The translations under genes were made by a program, and so were the position numbers. Under the pieces are notes generated by a model that was not told where the DNA came from, did no database searches, and was given only the letters and a program-made list of their open reading frames with translations. A DNA stretch of 64,000 bases from Candidatus Rokuibacteriota bacterium. Lineage in GTDB: Bacteria; Methylomirabilota; Methylomirabilia; Rokubacteriales; CSP1-6. The stretch is from the NCBI GenBank assembly GCA_016184305.1, contig JACPCX010000175.1, forward strand, positions 124 to 64,123, written 5' to 3'. Below are positions 1-9,333 of this stretch, piece after piece (position 1 is the stretch's first letter; each line of letters opens with the position of its first letter).

Positions 1-78
1 GCTTCGGCTAGACTCGCTGAACAGCGGTTCAGGGCGAAGATGGGGGAGGGAATGGATCGTCAGGCCTACTAGGGGACC

Positions 79-543
79 GTGACTCACTCGCTGGAAGGTC
101 ACTATTCGGTCGAGCAGTCCGCCCGGCTGATCCGCAACTACCGCTACGCCGCGGAGCGGATGACCCGCCTCCTCGGCGGCTGGCTCGCGCTCACCCCGGA
201 GGTGTCCGCGAAACTCCTGAGGGGCCGGCACGTCTGGGACAATGCCCAGCACGCCGATCTCTTCGGCCCGCGGCTTCCCGAGCTGCGCGCGCCCGCACAG
301 GTCTCCGAGCCCTCGGGGCCGGCCTTCGTCGCGTTCATGGAGGCGCTGGAGTCGCCCGACACTCCCGAGCTGACGGCCGAGCGGCTCGTCGGGGTCTACC
401 GCGTGCTCAAGCCGCATCTGCTGGCCGCGTACGAGCAGCACCTCGGCGCCGCGAACGCGGTGTACGGGCCCCCCACGTGCCGCATCCTGGCGCGCTGCAT
501 CAAGGACGAGATCGCTCGCGCCCACGTGGCCTCTCCCGCCTGA
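79..543 (+). CDS. hypothetical protein (function unassigned)
   Basis: GTG-start 154-aa ORF ending 6 nt before accC. Coding-like codon usage. No motif I recognise. Confidence 0.5.
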   Translation: MTHSLEGHYSVEQSARLIRNYRYAAERMTRLLGGWLALTPEVSAKLLRGRHVWDNAQHADLFGPRLPELRAPAQVSEPSGPAFVAFMEALESPDTPELTAERLVGVYRVLKPHLLAAYEQHLGAANAVYGPPTCRILARCIKDEIARAHVASPA

Positions 544-549
544 CCCTTC

Positions 550-1893
550 GTGCTGCACAGCGTCCTCATCGCCAATCGCGGAGAAATCGCCCGCCGGATC
601 ATCCGGGCGTGCCGGGCCCTCGGGATGCGGGCGGTGGCCGTGTACTCCGAGGCCGATGCCTCCTGGCCGCACGTGGCGGAGGCCGACGAGGCGATGCTCA
701 TCGGCGCAGCACCGGCGCGCGACAGCTACCTCAGCACGGAGCGCATCCTGGACGCCGCGCGCGCCGCGGGCGTCGCGGCCATCCACCCCGGCTACGGATT
801 CCTGTCGGAGAGCTGGCGCTTCGCCAAGGCGTGTGAGGCCGCGGGCTTCGCGTTCATCGGGCCGCCGTGGCAGGTGATCCAGCAGATGGGCGACAAGATC
901 CAGGCGCGCTGGCTCATGGCCGCCGCGGGGATCCCGGTGATCCCCGGCAGTGACGGGGCGCTGGAGTCCATCGAGCGCGCGACGGAGGTCGCCGAGCGGA
1001 TCGGCTATCCCGTCATGCTCAAGGCGGCCGCTGGCGGCGGCGGCATCGGCATGGTGCGCGTCGCGGATGCGGCCGGGCTGCCCGCCGCCTTCGCCATCGC
1101 CCAGCGCCGGGCGCAGGCCGCATTCGGGTCGGCGGCCCTCTTCGTCGAGCGCTATCTCGAGACGCCGCGGCACATCGAGGTCCAGGTCTTCGGCGATCGG
1201 GACGGCGCCCTGGTCCATCTCCACGAGCGCGAGTGCTCGATCCAGCGCCGGCACCAGAAGCTCATCGAGGAGAGCCCGGCTCCGGGGATCGATCCCGTCC
1301 TGAAGGAGCAGCTCACGGCGGCTGCCGTGGCGGGCGCGCGCTCGGTGGGCTATGTCAATGCAGGGACCATGGAGTTCATCGTCCAGGGCGGCGAGTTCTA
1401 CTTCCTCGAGATGAACACGCGGCTCCAGGTGGAGCACCCCGTGACCGAGGAGGTGACGGGGCTCGACCTGGTCGCGGCCCAGCTCCGCGTGGCCTCGGGC
1501 GAGCGGCTGCCGTGGCGGCAGGACGAGATCGTCCAGCGCGGCGCCGCCATCGAGTGCCGGATCTATGCCGAGGACCCGGCCAAGAAGTTCATGCCCTCGC
1601 CCGGCCGGATCACGCGCCTCGTCTGTCCCCACGGACCTGGGTTGCGGCTCGAGTCAGGGGTCGCCGAAGGGGTCGAGGTTTCGGTACACTACGATCCGCT
1701 GCTGGCCAAGCTGATCACCCGGGGATCGACGCGGGCGGAGGCCCTGTCCCGCATGGAGGCTGCCCTCGCCGCCGTCGTGGTCGAGGGGGTTGCCACCGTG
1801 ATCCCCTTCCACCGGCGGGTGCTTCGAAGCGCTGCGTTCCGGGACGGCAGGGTTCACACCCAGATGGTCGAACAAGGAGGTTTCGATGGCTGA
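550..1893 (+). CDS. accC: biotin carboxylase subunit of an acyl-CoA carboxylase
   Basis: 447 aa. N-terminus 'LIANRGEIARRIIRACRALG', ATP-grasp Gly loop 'MLKAAAGGGGIGM', and 'EMNTRLQVEHPVTE'. Confidence 0.95.
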   Translation: MLHSVLIANRGEIARRIIRACRALGMRAVAVYSEADASWPHVAEADEAMLIGAAPARDSYLSTERILDAARAAGVAAIHPGYGFLSESWRFAKACEAAGFAFIGPPWQVIQQMGDKIQARWLMAAAGIPVIPGSDGALESIERATEVAERIGYPVMLKAAAGGGGIGMVRVADAAGLPAAFAIAQRRAQAAFGSAALFVERYLETPRHIEVQVFGDRDGALVHLHERECSIQRRHQKLIEESPAPGIDPVLKEQLTAAAVAGARSVGYVNAGTMEFIVQGGEFYFLEMNTRLQVEHPVTEEVTGLDLVAAQLRVASGERLPWRQDEIVQRGAAIECRIYAEDPAKKFMPSPGRITRLVCPHGPGLRLESGVAEGVEVSVHYDPLLAKLITRGSTRAEALSRMEAALAAVVVEGVATVIPFHRRVLRSAAFRDGRVHTQMVEQGGFDG

Positions 1894-2101
1894 GGACGTC
1901 AAGGCGCATATCACGGGCGTGGTCTTCCAGATCACGAGCAAGGCCGGGGACGTGCTCGCGGCCGGGGATCCGGTCATCGTGCTGGAGTCCATGAAGATGG
2001 AGATCCCCGTGGAGGCTCCCCGCGCGGGGACGGTGAGGGAGATCACGGTGGCCGAGGGCCAGACCGTCCAGGAAGGCGACACCGTCGCAGTTCTTGACTG
2101 A
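1886..2101 (+). CDS. biotin carboxyl carrier protein (biotinyl domain only, 71 aa)
   Basis: 'VLESMKMEIPV' biotinyl-lysine motif. Its ATG overlaps the accC stop by 8 nt. Confidence 0.9.
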   Translation: MAEDVKAHITGVVFQITSKAGDVLAAGDPVIVLESMKMEIPVEAPRAGTVREITVAEGQTVQEGDTVAVLD

Positions 2102-2121
2102 GCGCAGCCGCGGAGGCAGCC

Positions 2122-3672
2122 ATGGGCATGAAGGATCTGGTGGAAGACCTCACGGCGCGCCGCCAGCGGGCGCTCGCCATGGGCGGGCCCGAGGCCATCG
2201 CGAAGCAGCACGCCGACCGGAAGCTGACGGTCCGGGAGCGGGTTGACCGTCTGTTCGACCCCGGCTCGTTCAACGAGATCGGCCTCCTCGCGACGCACGC
2301 AAACATCGCGCCCGCCATGCGGAGCAAGGAGACGCCGGCCGACGGGGCCGTGACGGGCTTCGGGAAGATCAACGGCCGGCACGCCTCCGTCATCGCCTAC
2401 GACTTCACCGTCATGGCGGGCTCCATGGGCCGCACGGCGGAGGTGAAGTGCAACCGCGCCCGCGAGATCGCCCTCACCACGCGCATGCCCATGATCTGGC
2501 TCATCGACTCGGCGGGGGCGCGCATCCAGGAAGCCATCGGGTCGACCTTCGCCCAGTCGGGCTTCCTCTTTCGCGAGGAGTCCATCATGTCCGGCGTGGT
2601 CCCCATGGTCGCCGCCATGATGGGCCCCGGCGCGGCCGGGACGGCCTACATCCCCGCGCTCTCGGACTTCGTCCTGATGGTGAAGGGGACCAGCCACATG
2701 GCGCTGGGCGGGCCGCCGCTCGTCAAGGCGATCGTCGGGGAGGACATCACGGCCGAGGAGCTCGGCGGCTCGAAGGTGCACACGGAGGTGTCGGGCGTCG
2801 CCGACCTCGAGGTGGCAGACGACGCCGCGTGCATCGACGCCATCAAGGAATACCTGTCCTTCTTCCCCAGCTCGAACCTGGAGCAGCCGCCCGTCGTTCC
2901 CTGCGAGGACCCCGCTGACCGGATGGACGAAGCGCTCCTGAGCATCGTGCCCGACAGCGCGCGCCGCGCCTACGACATGAAGACGGTGATCGCGCACATC
3001 GTGGACGGCGGCCGTGTCTTCGAGATCAAGCCGGGATGGGCCAAGAACCTGATCACGGCCCTGGCCCGAATGGGCGGTCGGCCCGTGGGGATCGTGGCCA
3101 ACCAGCCCATGGTGCTCGGCGGCGCGCTCGACGTGGACTCGGCGGACAAAGCTGCGCGCTTCATCATGCTGTGCGACGCCTTCCACATCCCGCTGCTGTT
3201 CCTCCAGGACGTGCCCGGCTTTCTCGTCGGCTCCAAGGTGGAGCGCCAGGGCATCATCCGGCACGGCGCCAAGATGCTCTACGCGGTGAGCGAGGCCACC
3301 GTGCCGAAGATCACCGTCGTGGTGCGGAAGGCCTACGGAGCGGGCTACTTCGTCATGTGCGGCAAGGCCTATGAGCCGGATCTCATCGTGGCATGGCCCA
3401 CCGCCGAGATCTCGGTGATGGGGCCGGAGGGCGGCACCAACATCATCTTCCGGAAGGAGATCGCGGCGGCGGACAATCCCGATGAGGAGCGTGCCCGGCG
3501 GGTCGAGGCCTTCCGCACGCTGATCAATCCGTACATCGCCGCGGGCGGAGCGTTCATCGACGACGTGATCGACCCGCGGGAGACGCGGCCGGTGATCGTC
3601 CGGGCGCTGGACATGGCGCGAACGAAGCAGGTGCAGCGCCCCTGGAAGAAGCACGGCGTGATGCCGGTCTGA
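2122..3672 (+). CDS. pccB: acyl-CoA carboxylase carboxyltransferase (beta) subunit, propionyl-CoA carboxylase-like
   Basis: 516 aa. Motifs 'AYDFTVMAGSMG', 'WLIDSAGARIQE', 'VVVRKAYGAGYFVM'. Follows the BC and BCCP genes. Confidence 0.92.
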   Translation: MGMKDLVEDLTARRQRALAMGGPEAIAKQHADRKLTVRERVDRLFDPGSFNEIGLLATHANIAPAMRSKETPADGAVTGFGKINGRHASVIAYDFTVMAGSMGRTAEVKCNRAREIALTTRMPMIWLIDSAGARIQEAIGSTFAQSGFLFREESIMSGVVPMVAAMMGPGAAGTAYIPALSDFVLMVKGTSHMALGGPPLVKAIVGEDITAEELGGSKVHTEVSGVADLEVADDAACIDAIKEYLSFFPSSNLEQPPVVPCEDPADRMDEALLSIVPDSARRAYDMKTVIAHIVDGGRVFEIKPGWAKNLITALARMGGRPVGIVANQPMVLGGALDVDSADKAARFIMLCDAFHIPLLFLQDVPGFLVGSKVERQGIIRHGAKMLYAVSEATVPKITVVVRKAYGAGYFVMCGKAYEPDLIVAWPTAEISVMGPEGGTNIIFRKEIAAADNPDEERARRVEAFRTLINPYIAAGGAFIDDVIDPRETRPVIVRALDMARTKQVQRPWKKHGVMPV

Positions 3673-3752
3673 GTTTCAGGGCCTGCTGAGCCGCTCAGGG
3701 GGACGGGCCAGGCGCTCGTCCGGTGCGACGCGGATCCAGGAGCGTGAGGCCT

Positions 3753-3784
3753 GCCCGGCCCGCTCCCGAAGGGGCGAGCCGGGC
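3753..3784. terminator. GC-rich hairpin between convergent pccB and rpoD (no U-tract)
   Basis: GCCCGGCCCGCTCC-CGAA-GGGGCGAGCCGGGC. This gives 14 stem positions with one mismatch and one G-U pair, 13 nt downstream of the rpoD stop. Confidence 0.45.
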
Positions 3785-3796
3785 GCGTGGGTGGGG

Positions 3797-5317
3797 TCAG
3801 TTCTCGACGAAGGTGCGGAGCGCGCGGCCGCGGAGCGGGTGGCGCAGCTTGCGCAGCGCCTTGGTCTCGATCTGGCGGATCCGCTCGCGGGTCACCGAGA
3901 AGCGCCGCCCGACCTCCTCCAGCGTATGTTCCCCCTCCTCGCCGATGCCGAAGCGCAGCCGCAGGATCTCCTTTTCCTTGGGCGAGAGCGTGGACAGCGC
4001 CCGCTCCACCTGGGTCGTGAGGTCCTGCGTGATCAGCGTCTCGTTGGGCGACTCGGCTGTCTTGTCCTCGAGGAAGTCCCCGAGATCCGAGTCCTCGCCG
4101 ATGGGCGTCTCGAGCGACAGCGGCCTGCGCGAGGACTCGAGGACCAGCCGCACCTTCTTGGCCGGCACTCCCGTGCGTCGCGCCAGCTCTTCCGGCGTGG
4201 GCTCGCGTCCCATCTCGTTGACGAGCATCCGGTTCACGCGCGAGATGCGGTTCAGCGTCTCCACCATGTGGACCGGGATCCGGATCGTGCGCGAGTGGTC
4301 AGCGATGGCCCGGGTGATGGCCTGCCGGATCCACCACGTGGCGTAAGTCGAGAACTTGAACCCGCGCCGATACTGGAAGCGATCCACGGCCTTCATCAGG
4401 CCGATGTTTCCTTCCTGGACGAGGTCCAGCAGCCCCAGCTCGCTGCCGAGGTACCGCTTGGCGACGGAGACCACCAGGCGGAGGTTCGCCTCCATGAGCT
4501 CCTTCTTCGCCTGGCGCACGACCCGATCGTGCTGCTCGATCTCCGAGAGCGCTGCCATGAGAGGTTTCCGCCGGAGCCCCGTCTGGGCCTCCAGGGCGTG
4601 CAGCTCCTTGCCGCTGCGCAGGTCGCGCATCTGCCCGGCGCGGCGGCGAGTGTCCGCGACGATCTGGTCCACCAGCGCGGGCTTGAGGGGAAGCTTCTCT
4701 ACGAGGCTCCGGATGGCCGCGCGGTTCTCGGCGATCCACTTGTTGTAGTTGGCCCGGGTGGCGCTCGACCGGCGCTTGTCGCTGAGCGCGCCCTGGAGCC
4801 TCTGGATCTCCCGCTCCAGACGGCGGATGCGGCCGAAGCTCGCGACGATCGGCTTGAGCTGCTCGGGCTCGGGCTCGCCGCCCTCGGGGAGCAGGATCAC
4901 ATCGTCCAGGGGAACCTCGGTGTGGCGAACGCGATCCATCAGCGTCAGGAGGCCCTCGACCGCCATGGGGATGTCGCCCAGGGCTCCCCGGAGCTGTATC
5001 TGGCCGGTTTCGATGCGCCGGCCAAGCGCCACCTCCTGCGGGGCGGTCAGCAGCGGAACCTTGCCGATCTCCTTGAGGTAGATGCGAACCGGATCTTCCC
5101 CTTCAGGTGCAGAGGGCCGGAGGGCTTCCTCGGAGAGCGTGGGGGTCTCCTCCTGGGTCACCGTGACCTCAGGCGCCTCGGCATCGGGCTCGACCCCGAG
5201 GTCCACCTCGGCCGGCCGGGCGGGGGTACGGCGGGCCCTTGGACGAGGGACGGCCACCGCGGTCCAAGTGCCGTTCATCGCTGCATTTGTCGAGCTTGCG
5301 CTCTCCCGAAAAGTCAT
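3797..5317 (-). CDS. rpoD: primary RNA polymerase sigma factor (sigma-70 family)
   Basis: 506 aa. '[41 protein letters not shown]', 'RIPVHM', and C-terminal '[17 protein letters not shown]'. Confidence 0.95.
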   Translation of the reverse strand: MTFRESASSTNAAMNGTWTAVAVPRPRARRTPARPAEVDLGVEPDAEAPEVTVTQEETPTLSEEALRPSAPEGEDPVRIYLKEIGKVPLLTAPQEVALGRRIETGQIQLRGALGDIPMAVEGLLTLMDRVRHTEVPLDDVILLPEGGEPEPEQLKPIVASFGRIRRLEREIQRLQGALSDKRRSSATRANYNKWIAENRAAIRSLVEKLPLKPALVDQIVADTRRRAGQMRDLRSGKELHALEAQTGLRRKPLMAALSEIEQHDRVVRQAKKELMEANLRLVVSVAKRYLGSELGLLDLVQEGNIGLMKAVDRFQYRRGFKFSTYATWWIRQAITRAIADHSRTIRIPVHMVETLNRISRVNRMLVNEMGREPTPEELARRTGVPAKKVRLVLESSRRPLSLETPIGEDSDLGDFLEDKTAESPNETLITQDLTTQVERALSTLSPKEKEILRLRFGIGEEGEHTLEEVGRRFSVTRERIRQIETKALRKLRHPLRGRALRTFVEN

Positions 5318-5551
5318 TGCCTGCCTCGTTTCCTGCTGGCTCTGGGGCCCGGGTCGCGCCGGGGAATTGGTTCCGCCCCGACAACCATTTAGAGGGGGCT
5401 AGGCCCCATTCCGCTTCAGATGGGTTCGTTCGAGAAGCTTTAACGCGCGTGAGGTGCTGGGCGTTCCCGCCCCGCCCGGACACCCCTCTCCCGGTCACAA
5501 TTCTGTAGACGCCCCCGTTCATCGGCCTATTCGGCTCCCCCCCAGGGGGTC

Positions 5552-5560
5552 TGGTATGAT
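5552..5560 (+). promoter_or_regulatory. candidate extended -10 promoter element (TGgTATGAT) for the cinA-like gene
   Basis: TGGTATGAT lies 10 nt upstream of a GGAGG SD (5570-5574) and 20 nt upstream of the ATG at 5580. No good -35 box. Confidence 0.3.
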
Positions 5561-5579
5561 GCTGGCCTCGGAGGCAGCG

Positions 5580-6161
5580 ATGCAGGCAGAGATCATCGCC
5601 GTCGGGTCGGAGCTCCTGCTGGGCCAGATCGTCGACACCAATTTGGCCTTCATCGCCAAGGAGTTCGCGGCCGCAGGGCTGGACCTGTACTACAAGATCG
5701 CCGTGGTGGACATCAGGATCGCCGCCAAGGGGGCGGATGCGGCTGACGCCTCCCGCATGATCGAGGCCGTCGAGGCCGAGATCCGGCAGCGCCTCGGCGA
5801 CATCGTGTTCAGCGTCGACGACGACACCATCGAGGGCCAGATCACCACGCGGCTGCTGGCGGACGGCGCCCGCGTGGCGGTGGCCGAGCTCGGGAGCGCA
5901 GGGGCAGTGGCCGAGCTCCTCGCCGAGGCCGTCCGGAAATGGAGCGGCGTGGAGATCGGGCTCGCGACCGTCCTCGAGGATGTGCCGGACACGACTCCGC
6001 CAGTGACGGTCGTGGGGATCGCGGTGGCGCGGGGCGGACGCCGTGTGGGGCGCGAGCACCGTCTTGGCGGCGACCGGCCTTCGCTCAGAATCCGCACCGC
6101 GACGCTCGCCCGGGTTCTGCTGCGGCGGAGCCTCCCGTCGCTCGCCGCCGGGGCGGCCGCG
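5580..6161 (+). pseudogene. cinA: CinA-like (competence/damage-inducible protein A) remnant with two internal in-frame deletions and no stop codon at the expected position
   Basis: '[28 protein letters not shown]...YYKIAVVD' matches the CinA N-terminus. It then jumps to '[33 protein letters not shown]', which is the end of the middle domain. The PncC-like part lacks about 45 aa. The frame stays open to 6803, antisense through yceI, so the end coordinate is approximate. Confidence 0.6.
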
Positions 6162-6743
6162 CTACTCGGCGGGGTGCAGCGTGACGTCGAACGCGACGGC
6201 AATCTCGTCCCGCACGGCGAGGAAGAGCCTCCGCGGGGGCGTGACGCCGAAGTCCGTCATCCTGAGCGTGGACTCGCCCCGCACCCACAGCCCGTCGCTC
6301 CGGAAGCGCAACCGGCCCGGAACGGTTATCTGGCGCTCCACCCCGCGGATCAGCAAGAGCCCCTTGATGACGAGGAGCACGTCGGCCGTGTCGGTGACGG
6401 AGCTGAACGACGGCTCGACGGCCTGGACGACGAACCGGATCTCGGGGTGGCTCTCCACGTCCAGCGTCTTGCGCATGTCCCGGTCTCTTCCATCCATGCC
6501 CGTGCGGAGCGTGGCCGCCCTGACGCGGAGCGTGCCGGTCACCCCCTGCCGGAGGTCGGCGGGGTCGGCCTGGAACTCCCCGGTCACGTCCTCCGTGCGC
6601 CCGGTGAAATCGCCGAGGGGGAACGAGGCGGAGAACCACACGTGGCTCTTCCCGGAGGTCGGCACCCAGCGGCGAGCCTCGGCATGCGCCGAGGTCGCCG
6701 TGAAGAGAAGAGCGAGGCAGAGGGCGCCGACCCGGGCGATCAT
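6162..6743 (-). CDS. YceI-like periplasmic polyisoprenoid-binding protein
   Basis: 193 aa. Signal peptide '[21 protein letters not shown]'. YceI-type pattern 'SHVWFSA', '[26 protein letters not shown]'. Confidence 0.85.
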   Translation of the reverse strand: MIARVGALCLALLFTATSAHAEARRWVPTSGKSHVWFSASFPLGDFTGRTEDVTGEFQADPADLRQGVTGTLRVRAATLRTGMDGRDRDMRKTLDVESHPEIRFVVQAVEPSFSSVTDTADVLLVIKGLLLIRGVERQITVPGRLRFRSDGLWVRGESTLRMTDFGVTPPRRLFLAVRDEIAVAFDVTLHPAE

Positions 6744-6749
6744 GTACGT

Positions 6750-6779
6750 GGGATATCACGGCCCGTGGCGATGGGTCAA
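6750..6779 (-). promoter_or_regulatory. candidate promoter abutting the yceI start codon (TTGACC-15-TGaTATCCC)
   Basis: On the minus strand: TTGACC (6779-6774), then TGA-TATCCC (6758-6750), then 6 nt, then the ATG at 6743. This implies a leaderless or near-leaderless mRNA. Confidence 0.3.
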
Positions 6780-6799
6780 CGACTCTTCCGGAAATCTTA

Positions 6800-6829
6800 T
6801 TGACACCGGACGCGGCCGGGCCGTATCGT
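6800..6829 (+). promoter_or_regulatory. candidate sigma-70 promoter TTGACA-18-TATCGT
   Basis: TTGACA at 6800-6805 and TATCGT at 6824-6829 in a locally AT-richer patch, 11 nt before the ATG at 6841. Confidence 0.35.
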
Positions 6830-6840
6830 CAAAAGGCCTG

Positions 6841-7116
6841 ATGCGACAAGCGGTTATGCCCAACAACGTCCTCTGCTTTCCCGGCTTCTTCCGCGGTCTC
6901 CTCGACTCGCGCGCCCGCAGCGTCAACGACGAGATGAAAATCGCCGCAGCCCACGCCATCGCCTCGTGCGTCGGCAAGGGCGAGCTCGGGCCCGAGTCCA
7001 TCATCCCGAGCGTGTTCAACAAGAAGGTGGCCCCGGCGGTCGCCCGCGAGGTGATGCGGGCGGCGCAGCGGACCGGCGTGGCCCGCCGCCGCACCGGCAC
7101 ACAGTTCTGGTTCTAG
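6841..7116 (+). pseudogene. C-terminal fragment (about 91 aa) of an NAD(P)-dependent malic enzyme
   Basis: '[37 protein letters not shown]...[18 protein letters not shown]' matches only the last ~90 residues of ~400-aa malic enzymes. No upstream coding sequence for the rest. Confidence 0.7.
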
Positions 7117-7141
7117 CAGGTTGCTGAAAATCCCGCAGGCT

Positions 7142-7325
7142 GCTCAAGAAGGTCCAGATGCGAGGCGGCGTCCGACGGCCGCACGCGAGGCGTACTCCGC
7201 TTGGCGAGCTGAGCCGGAGGCGAAGCGAGCATATCCGGAGATCCGGCGAGCGCAAGCGAGCCACGTTGAGCGCGCGGCTAAGGGCGCCAACGAGGCAGAT
7301 GGGCCTTTTTCACCGGCCCGCTAGG
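7142..7325. repeat. intergenic repeat element, copy A (conserved termini, GCGAG-rich interior)
   Basis: The left end GCTCAAGAAGGTCCAGATGCGAGGCG and right end GCAGATGGGCCTTTTTCACCGGCCCGCTAGG recur at 59239-59326. The interior at 7202-7263 resembles the 63-bp tsaB repeat unit. Confidence 0.6.
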
Positions 7326-7336
7326 CGGCCGTCCCC

Positions 7337-8080
7337 GTGCCCGCGGTGCGCGACTGGTCAGTGGTCATCCCGGCCTACAACGAGGCGATGCGCCTGCCCG
7401 CCTATCTCAAGGAGGTCGTGGCGTACTTCGATGGCCGCGACCAGCCCTACGAGGTCGTGGTGGTGGATGACGGCAGCCGCGATGCCACCGCGGACTGTGT
7501 GCGCGAGCTATCCCGTCTCCACCCGTCCGTGCGGTTGCATGCGTTGCCCGAGAACCGCGGGAAGGGGTGCGCAGTGCGCACGGGGATGACGGTCGCGAGC
7601 GGCGCGCTCAGGCTCATGGCGGACGCCGATGGGGCCACGCCCATCGTGGAGGTCAAGCGGCTGGAAGCCGCCATCCAGGCCGGGGCTGATCTGGCGGTGG
7701 GCTCGCGCGCGCTGCCCGATCCGTCCGTGGTGGTGCGGGCCCGGACGCACCGGAAGCTGTCGGGCCAGGTGTGGAGCCGCCTCGTCCGCGCCCTCGGCGT
7801 GTCGGGCGTGGTGGATACCCAGTGCGGGTTCAAGCTGTTCCGCGGGCCCGTGGCGGACGCTCTCTTCCGGCCCCTCCGTACCGAGGGGTTCGGCTTCGAC
7901 GTGGAGTTGCTCCTGCTCGCCCGGCGCCGCGGGTACCGGATCGTCGAGGTTCCGATCAACTGGACGGATCAGCCCGGATCCAAGGTGGGCGTGCTGAAGG
8001 ACGGCCCGCGCATGCTGGTGCAGATCGTCGCCGCCCGGCTCCGGCTCGCCCTCACTCCGGACCACGGGAGCGCCCCGTGA
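7337..8080 (+). CDS. family 2 glycosyltransferase, polyprenyl-phosphate hexosyltransferase-like (DPG/DPM-synthase type)
   Basis: 'VVIPAYNE', 'VVVVDDGSRD', 'LMADADGATP'. 247 aa. Confidence 0.88.
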   Translation: MPAVRDWSVVIPAYNEAMRLPAYLKEVVAYFDGRDQPYEVVVVDDGSRDATADCVRELSRLHPSVRLHALPENRGKGCAVRTGMTVASGALRLMADADGATPIVEVKRLEAAIQAGADLAVGSRALPDPSVVVRARTHRKLSGQVWSRLVRALGVSGVVDTQCGFKLFRGPVADALFRPLRTEGFGFDVELLLLARRRGYRIVEVPINWTDQPGSKVGVLKDGPRMLVQIVAARLRLALTPDHGSAP

Positions 8081-9222
8081 TCGCTCGCCGCGCCCTCGAG
8101 ATCGAGCCGTTCCTCGCGGTGGAGGTGTTCCAGAAGGCCCAGGAGCTCGAGCGGCAGGGGCTCGATATCATCCACCTCGAGTACGGCGAGCCCGACTTCG
8201 ACACGCCCCCGGTCATCCGCGAGGCCGCGGAGAGGGCGCTCAAGGATGGCCGCACCCGCTACGTCCACACGCAGGGGATCCTCCCCCTGCGGGAGGCCAT
8301 CGCGGAGCACTACCACGAACGGTACGGTGTGACCGTGTCGCCGGACCAGATCCTGGTCACCGCCGGCACGTCCCCGGCCATGCTCCTGCTCTTCATGTCG
8401 CTCCTGGAGCGGGACGACCGGGTCCTGCTCTCGGACCCCCACTACGCGTGCTATCCGAAGTTCGTGAAGTACGCCGACGGGGAGCCGCTCTACGTGCCCG
8501 TGGAGGAGGATGACGGCTTCCAGCTCCAGCCGGAGATCGTGCGGGAGGCGCTCACCGAGCGCACCAAGGCCATCCTGATCAACTCGCCGGCCAATCCCAC
8601 GGGCACCGTGCTCTCGGCCGAGCGCATGGCGGCGCTGGCCCACCTCGGCCCCTGGATCGTCTCCGACGAGATCTATCACGGGCTGACCTACGAGGGGCCG
8701 GAGCACTCGGTCCTCGAGTTCACCGACCACGCCTTCGTGCTGAACGGCTTCTCCAAGGCCTATGCCATGACCGGATGGCGGCTCGGCTACGTGATCGCGC
8801 CCACGGAGTTCATCCGCCCGCTGGCGGCGGCCCACGGCAACTTCTTCATCTCGACCAACGAATTCGTCCAGTGGGGGGCGCTGGCAGCCCTCAGGGAGGC
8901 GGGCGAGGACGCCGCGCGCATGCGCCGCGTGTTCGACGAGCGGCGCCGCGCCATGGTGGCCGGAATCAGGCGCATCGGCCTCGGAGTTGGCGCACCGCCG
9001 ACGGGGGCCTTCTACGTCCTCGCCAATGCCCGCCGCTACACGGACGACTCGCTGGCCTTCGCGTTCGAGATCCTCCGCGAGGCCCATGTCGCGCTCACGC
9101 CGGGCATCGATTTCGGGCGCAACGCTGAAGGGTACCTGCGCTTCTGCTACGCCAACTCGCTCGAGCGCATCGAGGAAGCGCTCTCGCGGATCGGGCGCTT
9201 CCTGGAGGCGCGCCGCCCGTGA
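8077..9222 (+). CDS. class I/II PLP-dependent aminotransferase (aspartate aminotransferase-like)
   Basis: GTGA overlap with the GT2 stop. 'EYGEPDFDTP', 'NSPANPTG', 'GFSKAYAMTGWRLGY' (PLP lysine). Confidence 0.9.
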   Translation: MIARRALEIEPFLAVEVFQKAQELERQGLDIIHLEYGEPDFDTPPVIREAAERALKDGRTRYVHTQGILPLREAIAEHYHERYGVTVSPDQILVTAGTSPAMLLLFMSLLERDDRVLLSDPHYACYPKFVKYADGEPLYVPVEEDDGFQLQPEIVREALTERTKAILINSPANPTGTVLSAERMAALAHLGPWIVSDEIYHGLTYEGPEHSVLEFTDHAFVLNGFSKAYAMTGWRLGYVIAPTEFIRPLAAAHGNFFISTNEFVQWGALAALREAGEDAARMRRVFDERRRAMVAGIRRIGLGVGAPPTGAFYVLANARRYTDDSLAFAFEILREAHVALTPGIDFGRNAEGYLRFCYANSLERIEEALSRIGRFLEARRP

Positions 9223-9333
9223 GCCAGGTGCCGTGCGCGACGTGCGAGCGCGGGACTTCGTGACCGCATCGAGGCCATCAGACGCGCCCTCGGGGCTAGC
9301 AGCCGCCCCGGCCTCGGGGCCGGGAGCCGAGAC

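Noticed and set aside
1886-2101. 71-aa BCCP as another truncated gene
   Set aside because: Stand-alone biotinyl-domain carriers of about 70 aa are a normal architecture in acyl-CoA/propionyl-CoA carboxylase clusters. The MKM motif and flanking hammerhead residues are intact.
1654-3654. 666-aa minus-strand ORF
   Set aside because: It lies exactly antisense to the well-supported pccB gene. Its Arg/Gly/His/Asp-rich, low-complexity translation is typical of shadow ORFs in GC-rich DNA. It has no recognisable motifs.
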